NCBI GenBank assembly: GCA_951406725.2
Contig: OX597815.1
Location: forward strand, 57,226,001 to 57,290,000
Length of the DNA stretch: 64,000 bases
Reading direction: 5' to 3'
Source of the DNA: Octopus vulgaris
Taxonomy: Eukaryota
Part shown: positions 14,196 through 28,424 of the stretch, piece by piece
Layout of the letters: every line of letters begins with the position of its first letter
Position numbering within the stretch: position 1 is the first letter of the stretch
The notes under the pieces: model-generated
The model's database searches: none
What the model was told of the DNA's origin: nothing
The model's input: only the letters and a program-made list of their open reading frames with translations
Translations under genes and position numbers: made by a program

Positions 14196-16985
14196 AAATA
14201 TAAAGTTATATCTTGAGATCGTTAGTGACAACAACGCTCAAAATATATAACAGACTGGAATAGCAGTGCTCAGATGAGCTGTATACACTTTTTAATCCGA
14301 GGGGAGGCAATGCGAGCAGCAACTACAAGAGCACTACAAAATCCACAGAAAGATCAAACACATACATATATTCATATATTCATTTATATCTACAGAGCAG
14401 ACATAAAGCCCGACGCTTAGAAATATATTGTAATATATAAATATATAAACATCATATAAAAATATATTGTACGTATAAGAACCACTCGATGTTCCATAAG
14501 AAATTTAGAAATAAAAATTGCGATAAAAGTTAGAGGTAATAATTGAATTAAATATAGTAAATGTAGTAAGTAGTAATTAAATATATTTTATTTTAAAATG
14601 GTAATTAAATCGTAATATAACAATTAAAAGAAAAAATAGCAATTAGTATAAAATGTATCAAGGACTTGAACTTGAATATGTGGCTTTGCATGAATGGGAG
14701 AAATTAAAAGATAAAAAATTTAATTGAGTGCAGAAGTGAATTAGTCCAGTTACTATAGCTGCTAGATTGAATTATATGCTTATAAAGTAGCATTCAGTAT
14801 CTATGAGAATTTTTGGGAGTACGTAATGTCTGGTCTTTCGCATGTGGCAGGTATGTAATTGTGCATTTGTTTCCGTGTACTATGTGTTGTGTGTTATTGT
14901 GCTTCTTATTTGAACCTGTGAGTTGCTGTTTAATTGTTGATTGTTAATTTTTATAGTTAAACGTTATTGTTACACGGCTTTTTGGTTTTTTGTCTGTCTG
15001 TGTTGGGACAGACAAGGAAGAAGTGGGCTGCCCCTCCCTAAGGGAGAGATGTACGAAAGTGTGTCGGATTAATCAACTTCTGAAGAAGAACTTGAAAAGG
15101 CGATAAAGAAAATGGACAAGCAATTAGGCAACACATACGCAGGAGCGACAAGAACGGAGGAAAGAGAAATAGACTTGGCCAAGTTGCCAAGCTACCAGGC
15201 ATTTATTAAAAAGGTCGGCGGTGAAGTGGAGTTGTCACCGCCACCAAAACGAGGAGAGTGACATGAACGAAGGACCATCACGTACCGGGTTTATGCCAAT
15301 GGAAAAAAGAAAATAGAATCGTCGGTATCGAAACAATAGAAGAAGCATTAAAAAGAACGGAAGAAGACATAATATTCTTGGCAAGAGGCATAAATTTCGG
15401 TACCGTGGTGGTCCAATTCAAGAATGAAAGTGTGGCGAGGAAAATGGCAGCGAGAACGGTGAAGACAGAAAAGATGTTCCTTCTGCCCTCATAGAAAAAC
15501 TACTCGGATCAGGGAGGAGGGGATACCTCCTAATGTTGACGGAGAATGAAATATGAAAATGTAATTGTGATGTTTTATGTCCCCAATGTTTGTATTGTCC
15601 CCTCTGTGTAGCCCTTTATGGGTAATAAAGAAACGATGTGTTGTGTGTAAAAAGCATCCCGACGAGGGGAGTGTCAATTTTAAATATATTGTTACGGGAC
15701 CTCCGACGAAAGCTGTTACGGAATCCCACCTGCCGTCGCTCAAACTCGAACCCGGGATCCCAACAAGTCGAGCGACGACGATTGACCAGGCTCGAATCGA
15801 TCGGCGAGTGTTCGCCACGGAACTCAGAGAGGAGAGAGACAACAACTATAACAGCTGCTGCAGGAAGAGACACAGAGGCACAAAGAAACACAGCGGAAGG
15901 CAATTGGCTTACATTTAACGTACTAGTTTATAACACTTTATAATTGTTACAACATCAAATACATATCAGATACATCAAAGAGGAAATACATGCAAGTAAC
16001 AACACATCAAATGCAATAACAACAGCATTTAAAGAAAACAACAAATCAAGAAACAGGTATACAACAGATCAAAGCATTTAAACATGCAGATACAATATAA
16101 CAGTCCGGAGACAACAGTTCTGTTTCAAATCACATTAACGTTACAGTTCAAATCACATTAAAGGCATATACAGTTCAATGTTCATTAAAGACTACAACAG
16201 AGTCTCTCTTTCTTTAACAGTTCTCTTTAGCCTTTTCTTTATAACCATCAACAACATAAACAATGTTCATTACACAGTTCTCTTTTACATTTCAATACAT
16301 CGATTCTTTTTTTACATAAATACCACAACTCTTTCCTTCTTTTTTTCTTCACATATCAAAACATACAATTAACACATACCGTTACAGTTCCTACTATAAT
16401 AACTGTGCCTTCCCTCCACCGTAATCTCTCTCCATCGCCGCTTAGTCCTATGTGCATGTCTTCCTCAGCCCTTCATCCTCTCACTCTACTGTCATCTCTC
16501 ATGACAAGCTCCCAACTACCGACTGCTCGCCTTGAATCCCAAATGCTGACTGTCTCTCAATCTCTCCAGCCGGAACTGATTTACTTAGATTCACAGCTCC
16601 TGCTTTTATAAGGTAGTTTCTTTGACCCTTCCCTGACTGGCACAAGGCCAAAGGTCCACTAAAAGCTCATTACTCTTTCTAAAACAAAGGACTATAACTT
16701 TGCATTGTAGACTTTCAGTCTCCAAGCCAAGCAAAGTAGGTCGCCAGATCTGTCCTTAAGTTGAACCACAACAATATGATATGTTTAATATCACGGAATT
16801 TGGTTTTTTGTCTGTCTGTGTTGAGACAGACAAGGAAGAAGTGGGCTGCCCCTCCCTAAGGGAGAGATGTACGAAAGTGTGTCTTTTTAATATGTCATTG
16901 TATGTTTTATTACCCCAAATTTTTAATTTAACAAATTTATACCAAACTAGCACTATGACCAGGCAACGCCGGGTCATAATGCTAG
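13899..16985 (+). mobile_element. Non-autonomous Helitron with nested insertions
   Basis: 5' A|TCTCTCTATATATAAAA with (gtct)n; 3' hairpin atgaccaggc-aac-gccgggtcat then CTAG|T. Confidence 0.75.
15690..16773. mobile_element. Solo LTR (~1.08 kb)
   Basis: TGTT...AACA ends flanked by an ATAT 4-bp duplication; non-coding. Confidence 0.55.
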
Positions 16986-18702
16986 TATTAGATAAACATC
17001 ATTATTATTAACATTTAACATGTTATTATTTAATGCTAGTATTAGATAAACATCATTATTATTAACATTTAACATGTTATTATTTAATTTCATTAACTTT
17101 ATCTTAACATCATTAACATATTGTTTCAACATTTGCTTTTCCATACTAGCATGGAAAGAGTGATTCTGCAATCATTCATACTTCTTGTCACCAATGACAA
17201 GTACCCAATAAAGTACTTATGTGCCCCAATGAATTTCTTTCCTCTTAGCTTTCAGAAACATTCATGGATATTTTCTAATGAAATTTGCAGAAGACTTTAA
17301 GTGTAACATCTCTTGAAGGTTATGTATTTGCAACCCAAGAACAGGAGATTGCCCCCCACCCCCATACATTTTCCACTATGATTTAGATATAATCAGAATC
17401 TAAACCATTTTTGTGCAAGTTATAACAAAACAAAGTCAGTAGGTTGTGTATGCCTATTATTACATTGTTGTTATATATCTACATATCAGTTTGCTTCGCT
17501 CCACTTTCTTTTTGTATGTAACAATATTTAATTATACAACTGCATGATATGTATAAGCAAAGAATATACTTCATTCATTTGGTTTGCTTAAAAAGAGTAT
17601 CAATAATGTGAATGAGATGAGCTCAATTTTCAACGATACATAGACATAAATTGGATAATTGTATTTATGACGATATTGTGTTTAGTAACAAATACTAACT
17701 ACATTAAAAATGCATTGTAGTGTGTGTATATGTTTATATTAAAATTTATCGGCAGTATTTAGGTTGTAATATTTCATTTCTTTATAAATACACATTCTTT
17801 TAGCATAACTGCATTTCATGTTATGGCACTACTTACAGCTCACATTTTCTATTATTGATGTTAGAGCTTCTTTCATGTATGTCTAGCTAGCATTCATCTA
17901 TGATACAATGTTATCAGACCAATGCAAAACATGTCATAAAGATAAAATGCACATGTATGCAGAGTTAACATGTAAAGCAGTGTTATGGAACAAGTAAACT
18001 TTTCAGTCATTCCAAATATGTTTAGAATGTATTTGATATGTAAAAAGACCATTTCAACTACAATTTATAAAGGAAAAAATGCTCGCTTTAGACAAAAGGT
18101 GTAAAATATCTTCAGAACACCCACTATGGATTAATATATGCCTTTCAAGCATTTTATGTTCTTATCAGATTTCAGTGTTTTACACATTTTTGCTTAAAGT
18201 GAGAATTTCTCAGCATGGCAGATTGCTGTGAAAGTGGCATATTTACAGGTCAAAAAAGTTTGTTTATCTAACGACACTACTTCACACACCAACCATGTGT
18301 TTTGTTCTGACCTAGGGGCTGCAGCACACGCTGAGTGATTCCTATTGATTTCTTATAAGAAAACCGAGGCATCCAATCATTTCAGAGTTGTCCACTCTAA
18401 TACTGATGAAAGCATAAAGAGCTCAAAATGTATATAATTAGTATATACAGGGTGCTCTAAAATGACCGGTGTTTTACACATTTTTCCTAAAACAAGAACT
18501 TTTCCCATAGCAAACTGCAGTGAAAATGGTCTTTTTACAAACATATTTGAACTGATCTATAGGTTTATATGTATGTATGTCATTGTTCAGTTTTATTTCA
18601 AAATTTCTTGTAGATAGAGAAAGAGCTGGTTTTTAGCCTAGATCCCTTCATTAGAATTTCAACTTCAACAACATGGTATTTTTGTTTGTATGTATGTACA
18701 TA

Positions 18703-19085
18703 AGGCGCAGGTGTGGCTGATGGTTCCGGGTTCATTCCCACTGCGTGGCACCTTGGGCAAGTGTCTTCTACTATAGCCTTGGGTCAACCAAAGCCTTGTG
18801 AGTGGATTTGGTAGACAGAAACTGAAAGAAGCCCGTCATATATATATAGAAATTTTGAAATAAAACTGAACAATGAGTGTGTGTATATGTCTGTCCCCCC
18901 AACATCTCTTGATGACCAATGGTGGGGTGTTTACATCCCCGTAACTTAGCAGTTTGGCAAAAGAGACCGACAGAATAAGTACTAGGCCTCCAAAGAACAA
19001 GACCTGGGGTCGATTTGCTTGACTAAAGGCAGTGCTCCAGCATGGCCGCAGTCAAATTACTGAAACAAGAAAAAGAGTAAAAGAG
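18703..19085 (+). mobile_element. tRNA-derived CORE-like SINE (second family)
   Basis: ggcgcaggtgtggct...gggttcattcccactgcgtggcaccttgggcaagtgtctt; its 3' part recurs as fragments at 49680-50130 and 63010-63480. Confidence 0.7.
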
Positions 19086-19329
19086 TATGTGTATGTATGT
19101 ATGTATGTATATGTGCAGATTTTTTTGTATATTTTGTTTTATGTATGTATTCTCATGCATATAGTTGGATATATACATGCTCATATGATAAACTTCTGAT
19201 AAACTTAAATGATAAACTTCTAGAAAATTTTACAAATTTTTACAGTTCTAAGTGATGAAATGGATTAGCTTTCTCCTTTCTGATTTTGAGATGCCTAATT
19301 TCTCAAGATGGGTAATTTAGGCAGTATGT

Positions 19330-20200
19330 TACATATGCTAGGGCCCCAATAATTACAAGTATAAACCTGAACATGTAATCTGGATAGTGTAGATATCAGC
19401 GTAGATATTCTCTTTTTCACTTTATGTTAACATCTGCTGGGCAGCTAATTTCTGAAACTGTATACAGTTTCTCTTCTCTATACCAAATCATCATATCAGG
19501 TCTGTTGTGCTTACATTTTATTGAGGTCTTCAATGGGACATTCCACTAGTACTCATTATTATGAGTGGCTGTGGCTTCTACCATACTGTGGGTTTTTATT
19601 TCTTTGTCCTCAGGGTTATCCTTCTGACAGGTTTCATTACAGGGTTTCCTAGCTACAACATCATGTCTCATTGGTAGATAATACTGCGGCAATATTTTTG
19701 ACAATTGATGTGGGTGATATCTTCGATGTTAACTCCACAAAGTCTACATTAGTTGTCACATTTTACCGCTTTTCCTGCATCTCTGTCCCTTTTGTGCATC
19801 AGGTATTTGGTTGATATTTCTTGCTCTTGGATTGCAAATGCATACCCTTCAAAGTGGGAGGTAGTAATCTGGCTATTGGTCCATGATAGACTACTTTGAT
19901 GATTAATGTTACTATCATCACGGAGCTTTCTACTAACATATCCATGCATAGTCTTCGGCTCATACAGGCTCATCCTTTCATCTAAGGATATGTTGCAGTA
20001 GAGTCATGTGACTTCTTTGGTCACGTATTCTAGGTTCTATCAGACAAGGAATGTTGCTCAAGGAGCTGCCTTCCAAGTCTTATGATGTTATCAGCCTCAT
20101 ATCAAACTTGGTCAAGGAATGCGCTTCAACATTTGGTTAAAAGATGTTGCTGAAGTGGGTATGATATGACATTCAAAGGCATTTTGGATTGATGTTAAGC
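19330..20200 (-). mobile_element. R4/Dong-like LINE 3' fragment
   Basis: FEGYAFAIQEQEISTKYL, C..C...EDITHI, MRHDVVA and WWNVP...KHNRPD motifs on minus. Confidence 0.75.
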
Positions 20201-20269
20201 CTCTGCTGCCTTGTTTTCATTTTAGAGGCGGCTTATGTCACTGTTTATGTGGAAATTATGTGTGCTTAT

Positions 20270-21920
20270 GTATATGTATATGCATGTCACTTCTGCTTGG
20301 CCAAACATCTCCGTCTTTTTCCTCGCTCTACACCATGGATCCCCACACTCAAGACTCCGCTTGGAACAGCACTATATCTTTAATTTACGGACAACTATCC
20401 CCCATGGACTAAACGCAACCCCTCCTCCTAGTGACTGCCTCTACACCTCCACAAGCAACTTAAATTTCTTTTCTCGTTTTTACTAGAAATTGAGCCTTTC
20501 ATATTGCATTGTCTTCCTTATCTCCTTTCAACCTTAATTTTATATTTTATTGCTTTTATAATTTTTTATTGTTTTTATTTCTATATACATGCACACATAC
20601 ACATACGTACGTATCCACGAACGCACATATACCTTCCACACACATACAACACACATACATGCACATATACACACACATACTTGCACACACACACACGCAT
20701 ACATACACACACCCACACACATATGCGCGTACACACACAGTGCACAAACGTACACACACCCACAGGAATGCACATACACACACATGCACATACATATGCA
20801 CATAATACACGCACACACATGCACATACACACACGCACATACACATACACACACATGCACATACACACACATACATACACACACACACACACACTAGCAC
20901 AGGTTCACACATATACCGCCAACACACAATGCAGAATTATACACACATGGGCATAAACACATATGCACATAAGCACACGCATGCACATACACACAGGTAC
21001 GCACATTACGCTTACACAAACCCCCCACACACACAACCCATGCACACACAAATTCACATACACACCCATACATATACATACACACACAATATATGCATAC
21101 ATGCACACACACATACACATATAGTCACACACACACACACTAATGCACACATACTTAACACACACAACCCCATGCATACACGTATATACACCCACATGCG
21201 CATTAACGACATGCACATACATACACACACACACACACACACACGCAAATGAACCCTTACATACCTCCCATACACAGCACATTCATACATACAGGCACAC
21301 AATTATACATACATATATATGCACATACACAAGGTAAAGCACAGTTACTTCCCACACACAAAACCCCTACGCATACACACATACACACACACACATACAT
21401 ACATACACACACATACTGCAAACACGCACATACTACATATACATACACACACGTAATATCACTACACACACCCAGACCTGCGTGCACACACTTACACACA
21501 CATACCTCCTTCTCTTGAATTCTCCTGTCTTTCTTCACCCATTCCCTTCCGGTCATTCAATATGTGACCGCGTGTGTATCGTTGGCGATTTTCTTTCTCC
21601 ATCTTTCCTTCTTTGGATCTTTAATTTTTCTATGTTTTTGACGAAGAGCTCTGCTCGGAATGTTAAATCCTCCTTCTATCTTTCCTTTCTTGAGCGTCTA
21701 TACTTGTTCCACGTCCTCCCGTTATTGTGTTTTCATGTTTGGATTAACTATATATAGGGAGAATTCACGAGAAAAACAAAAGACGAAGACAGGTGATGTA
21801 AAAACAAACAGATGTATTAATATAACGCTCAGGAATTGAAAAAGTCTTTAACGTTTCGAGCCTATGCTCTTGCACAGAAAGGAACTCAGAAAGAAACAAG
21901 GAGAGAAAAACTGTGTGTAG
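20270..21920 (+). mobile_element. Penelope-like element 3' remnant (GIY-YIG C-terminus, CA-rich tract, pseudo-LTR pieces in inverted orientation)
   Basis: RLRLEQHYIFNLRTTIPHGLN at ~20350-20415; decayed hammerhead-like motifs at 21635-21667 (+) and 21846-21881 (-). Confidence 0.55.
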
Positions 21921-22294
21921 TGGCTAGCGATCTATCATGGTGAATGCCAGACAGAAGGATCACACAGGAAAGCTAAGTAGGGGAGATAACAAAGTAGTAG
22001 TGATCCCAAAACGAATGTGCACAGAAATGGATTGGAAACCTTCTGGTTGAGAAGTGAACTTGTTTTCCATTGTCAATGCCTGACATTCAGGTAACCTTTA
22101 GTGAATATTTTCAATTAGTTCTAGGTAATAATTTGTTAAAAAAAATAGAGGTATTTTAAATATCAATCCAATTATTCATTATAAAACAAAATGTTATATT
22201 GATAATTGAGTCTTCACAAAATTTAGTGATTTATCTATTCCAGCGATAAATTGAAATTTTATCAATTTTTATCTAATTTGATGGTTACAAATTA

Positions 22295-22840
22295 TTGGGT
22301 TGTCCGGAAAGTTCATGCTGATTTATAGCAGCTTATCTTTCGACTTATTTTAGAACATGGTTGAGTCCATAAAATAGGATTTGACTACACCTCCATTTTA
22401 AGCTGTCTTTTCGTGGAAGAAGGTTTATGTTCCTATAACCTGTGTTAATTCTGTAACCCTTTAAAATGGAAGATAAGAAAGTTTTCAAGATGCTTTGGGA
22501 ACCAGACAAAAATTACTGCAGCTCGGCTGGGATGTGTTACCCCACCTTCCATATTCACCAGATATTGCTCCTTCGGATTTCCACTTAATCAGGTCTCTGC
22601 AGAATAGTCTTAATGGTAAAAATTTCAATTCCTTGGATGACGTAAAAAGATACCTTGATAAATTCTTTGCGATGAAAACACCTCAGTTCTGGGAAGAGAG
22701 TATTTTCAAGTTGAAGGAATGATGGAGATGCATTGCGCAACAAAATGCTTCATATTTGGTTGATTAAAAATGTAATGGCAAGTATTTATTGACCTTTTTC
22801 TTTCCTTTAAAAATCGGCACGAACTTTCCGGACAACCCAG
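22295..22840 (+). mobile_element. Internally deleted mariner (Tc1/mariner) transposon
   Basis: TIRs tgggttgtccggaaagttc / gaactttccggacaaccca, TA flanks, transposase motif HLPYSPDIAPSDFHL. Confidence 0.92.
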
Positions 22841-22878
22841 TATAATTAAAGTGGTTTAAAATTTTCTTTGCTTTTTAG

Positions 22879-23315
22879 ATGGTAAAGGAAAAGTAACTGG
22901 ATTGGATCTTTCACCTTACATTCTGGAAGAGGCTACCAAACTAATGAGTGAAGGCATCATCAAAAAACAAGTGGAACTACATCTAGGGAATGTTATGGAA
23001 ATGCCATTTCAATCAAATTCTTTTGATCGACTTTTTCACTGCAACACTTTTTATTTTTGGCCAGATCTTAATAAAAGTGCTCAAGAGTTGTATCGTGTTT
23101 TAAAGCCTGGCTGTTTTATGGTTACTGTACTTAACCAAAGATACCTAAAATATATGAAAACTATAGGTGTTTTACGATATGGTGATGCAGATGTTCAAAA
23201 GTATATGAATGCACTCCTTCAAAGTAAGTTTGAAAATATTAAGATCAGCCATGGAAAATATGGGATTAAGCCGTATCAAATTATTACAGCTTATACTGGA
23301 AATAAACAGGAATGA
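22879..23315 (+). CDS. Terminal coding exon of the same methyltransferase
   Basis: ttttctttgctttttAG acceptor at 22877-22878. A|AT joins in frame to give ..IIK-N-GKGKVTGLDLS..; motifs LGNVMEMPFQSNSFD and ELYRVLKPGC are typical class I MTase. TGA ends at 23315; AATAAA near 23640. Confidence 0.88.
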
Positions 23316-24477
23316 GTAATACATTTGAATTAAGGAATTTTGTTATACACCGTTTTTCAAATTTAGAAAGTATAAAATTTTTTCTGCTTTTCATCATATG
23401 AATTGTAAAACTAATAACAATTTTGTAAAGAGGTATAAAATTTTAGACCTTTTGTGTGGATATACAGAGCAAATAATGGATTAAAACACACACAAATTAT
23501 CTGTAACAACCTTATTTTCAATACCATTTTATTAATATTGACTAAGTGTAACGAATTGATTTGGCGGTTTTTTTTATTGACACTTATTTCATGCACTAAT
23601 ATATGTAAAGTTTTCTCAAGCAATATTTGAATTCAAGACAATAAAGTATTAAAATAAGTACTGTAAAGCATGTTGTCTGTTATTTATGTCCTGTGTAAGA
23701 TGAATTAGAAACTTGGATGAGTGTGAAGAGTAACCATTACTTTTTTATACATACATTTTTTATTATTAACTTTTATCAGGCATAACAGAGTAACATCAGA
23801 AAGTTCTAAGTTCTGTGCAAGTGGTAAGTGTTCTAGGCTATTGAAGACAGTTCTTTTTACAGTTCAGCATTCTGACAGTTACTCTGAGGAATAAAAGCAT
23901 GTGCTTGTCATTATGATTTGCTATTCATATTGCAAAGTTCCTGATTTTACACTGGTCTCTTCTAATACACTCAAGAACAACTCATGTTTAGACTGATCTG
24001 TGGTGACATCTCACAAAAATCTAGGAGATTGTTTACATTTTTTGTAACATCATTACATAATTTATCTAAACTCCTGCTGTTTATAAGCAAGTCCTTCCAC
24101 CAATACTAATAACTCAATATGGATGCATGCATGCATGGGTATGTATGTATGTGTATATGGATTGATGAATGTATGTATGCAGACATGAATCTATGTATGT
24201 ATGTATGTATGTATATATCTAAGTATTTATGTAAGTATGTATACGTGTATGCATGCATGTATGTATGTATGGATATATGTATATACATATGCATGTATGC
24301 ATATAAGGTATGTATGCATATAAGGTATGTATGCATATATGTATGTATGTATGTGTGTATGCATGAATGTATGCATGTATGCATAAATCCATGTATGTAT
24401 GTAACAATGCATGTAGATATGTTTGAATGTATGTATGTTGTACGTATGTAGGTAGCCATGCATATATGTATGTATGG

Positions 24478-27400
24478 ATACGGGATCCTCTACCATCATA
24501 TGTTGTGGTGTGTTCCATTCTAGTTTTCTATTCAGGTTAGGTTTATTTTCTATTATGTGTGTAACTTCTGTAATTTGTCTGATTGTTGCATCTGTTCTAT
24601 GTGTGGGCAATATTTTAATGTTGATGATTGATCCCCTGTGTTCCTGTTCGGCTTGTTGGTACTGAGTCGATGAGCTTTTACCTTCCTTGAGTTGTCTCCA
24701 ATGTCCATTTACCCGCTCTCCTATGCTTCTTGCCGTTTCCCCTACGTATGTCGTTGTCTTGTTACTGCATCGTCTCTCTTATACTATAGACTACATTTCT
24801 GGCTTTACAGATTTAACTTAGACAGATTTTAGGATTATACACTAAGAGAATAAGACAGAGGCCAAACAACTCGGGATTAAACCTTGCATGTGGCCTACGT
24901 AAGCTCATTCAGCGCACGAGGAAGGGAGAGGTGGTATGCCTTCCCACAGATAAGTCCGGCAAGATGTCAATAGACAGCTTACCGAACTACATCCAGGCAA
25001 TACAAATATAACAACTTTACAGGTGCATGAGAAGAGAGAAAAGGTCCTCAACGCCCACATGATGATGTGGACAATTGTTCTGGGACCCCAGAAACGTACA
25101 GCAAATAATTTCCAAGCCTGGAACAATGATATCCCGGCACTGTATGGACTTCGCAAGGACCATAAAGTAACCACTGACCCTATAGCAGGACCACCAGCAA
25201 GACCAGTCTGTGGAGCGAATATCGCTAGCAATTACAGAATCTCCTACTTCCTCTCAATTATCATACGCCCTATAATCCGGATGTCACCTGATTTTTGTGA
25301 CAGCACAGAAGATCTCCTCAGCAGGATCAATGACTGTAACAACACTTGTGACCTGACAGGATGTATGGTGGGTAGCATGGATGTGGTATCCCTATACCCA
25401 TTGATCGACGTAGCTTTTGCGGTGGAGAAGTGCGTGGAGATGATCAATGAGAGCCAGGTGGAGTTCCATAATGTCAACACAGAGGAACTGGGCCTCCTAC
25501 TTAGACTGACATGTGACAATGAATACCTAGATAAACATAATCTTAGGAGTTTCTGCCCCAGTAGATGTTTAAGAGGTAGACCACCCACAATTACTTCTAT
25601 GGCTAGGAAGACACATATAGAAAGATGGCGCAGATGAACCAGAGCCATACGGATACCGCAAATGTCCATCAGGTAAAGAAAATGATCGCACATGCACTAG
25701 GAGCTAGTATAAGAGTTACCCTAAAAGGCCACACGTTTAAGTTTAACAATAAAATATATGCCCAGGACGAGGGGGCAGCCATCGGCGTTAGTATCGCTGG
25801 TGATGTGGCCAACCTTTTCATGGTATGGTGGGACAGAAGGCTTAAAGAACGCCTAACACAGAACTCCATACTACTAAACGTACTCTCGCTATGTTGATGA
25901 TATCAACATAGTGGTAAAAGCACCCCCACAAGAGAGTACTGTTGATATAGTAATAGAAACTAATACTATGTAGAGCATCCAGCAAATAGCTAACTCCATC
26001 CACCAGAGTATTAAGGTCACAATAGACTACTCCACTAAACACCCCAACCATAGACTACCAGTACTAGACACTGAACTCTGGCTAGAAATTGTGAATAATA
26101 AAACCCAAATCCTTTATTCATACTATGCCAAACCTATGGCCTCAAAATACTTGATCCACCGGAACTCAGCCATTGCGGACAATGCCAAATTCAATATTTT
26201 GATGGCAGACCTCGTCAGAATAATGAGAAATGTGTCACGCATGTGCGAGCCTACAGAGTTAAAGAGACACATACAATATTTCATTCACCGCATGCAGTTC
26301 TCAGGTTACAGCCATAAAGAAAAGAGCCATGAAGAAATTTGATAATGTATTATGTAATGATAGGAATGAGATTTGCCCACTCTATAGGAACAAGTCATGG
26401 AACACTATAGGGAAGGCCAACTCTTGGTATGATAGCCATAAATACCAGAGTATCATGTTCGTTGACACCACCCCTGGAGGTGAACTGCCGTACCGCTTTA
26501 GACGGACCCTAGACAAACGGATTAAGGTTGTTTAAGCCAGGCAACCCTATCACATCTATAATTAGTAGAACCTATCCTTTTAGTAGGACCCCCTGTACGG
26601 ATAAGTACTGTACTGTATGTAGATTTAGCCCACAAACAAACTGTAAAGCCAGAAATGTAGTATATAGTATAAAATGTATAGAGGGACGATGCAGTAACAC
26701 GACAACGACATACGTAGGGGAAACGGCAAGAAGCATAGGAGAGCGGGTAAATGGACATTGGAGACAACACAAGGAAGGTAAAAGCTCATCGATTCTGTAC
26801 CAACACGCCGAACAGGAACACGGGGGATCAATCAACAACATAGAAATTAAAATATTGTCCACACATAGAACAGATGCAACAATCAAACAATTTACAGAAG
26901 TTACACACATAATAGAAAATAAACCTAACCTGAATAGAAAACTAGAATGGAACACTAACACTAGCACACACCACAACATATGATGTAGAGGATCCCGAAA
27001 ACATAAGATAAATAAACAAATAGAAATAAATTACTATATATATATATTTTTTCGATTTCTTATTATTACTAGTATTGTTGTTATACATACATACATACAT
27101 ACATACATACATACATACATACATACAAGCATATGTAATAATAATAATAATAATAAGTGGATGTAAACACGTGAACGAAATAAGAATAAACAATAACAAA
27201 AACAAATTTATGAACGTATATAAACAGAAGATACAGATATTACAGGCATCCCCCACACACACACACTAAATAAACATAGACACACATAGAGATATAAGCA
27301 GGCGCAAGTGAAGACATACAATAGAAATACAAAATGGCTGACGGTTAGTAAGGAGAGACACAAATGAGAAAGAAGAAAACAAAGGACCACTGATGCGGTC

Positions 27401-27480
27401 ACAGGAGTGTGACGAAAGAACTCTGGCCGAAATAAGATTAAGATTAATGTAAAAAATAAATAACACTGAAGCAAAGTAAC
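24478..27480 (+). mobile_element. Penelope-like retroelement (RT + GIY-YIG endonuclease), frameshifted, with inverted 5' copy of its 3' end
   Basis: LYGLRKDHK, ARPVC, SMDVVSLYP, GAAIG, YVDD (25890-25901); VVYSIKC...YVGETARSIGER. 24478-24810 is the reverse complement of ~26640-26997. Confidence 0.9.
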
Positions 27481-27675
27481 ACCAAATATATAGTGCGTGT
27501 GTTTTTATTGGCTAAACCGGCAAAATGACCATTCCGAAATATAACAATATCTGTTTCAACACACGACTTCACATAAAAATTCTTGCGCAACAAATATATA
27601 AACGTATATATATAGACATACATACGTAAGTAAATACATAGATACATATATTTATATATGCATACATGCATAGAT

Positions 27676-27715
<40 letters not shown>

Positions 27716-28373
27716 GCATGTATGTATGCATGCAAATGGCATGATTGTATGCATGTATGTATGAACGTATGTTTGCATGTAGATATGTATGTAGATACGT
27801 GTGCATTTACGTATGTATCTAAATATAGATGTATGTATGCATGTATGCACGTATTCATGTATGTAAGTAGTTAGGTATCTTGATATGCATGTATGTATGC
27901 AGGTACGTAAGTATGTATGAGTGTGTATTTATGTGTGCATGTCCGTATGTACGTATGTGTGTATGAATGTATGTAGGTATGCATGTAAACATGTATTTAC
28001 ATGTTTACATGCATGCCTACATACATTCATACATACGTACATACGGACATGCACACATATGCATACCTACATACATTCATACGTACATACGGACATGCAC
28101 ACATATATACATAGACTCATACATACATACGTACCTGTATACATACATATATAATTGCATATGTGAATACATAAACATGCATACAGATATATACATTCCT
28201 ATATACATACATGCATATCAACATACATACATACCTAACTACTTACATACATGCATACGTGCATACATACATTTATATTTTGATACATACACATAGATAT
28301 ATACATAAATATATACATACAAACATACGTTCATACATACATGCATATATGCATGCATACATACATGCGTATG

Positions 28374-28424
<51 letters not shown>

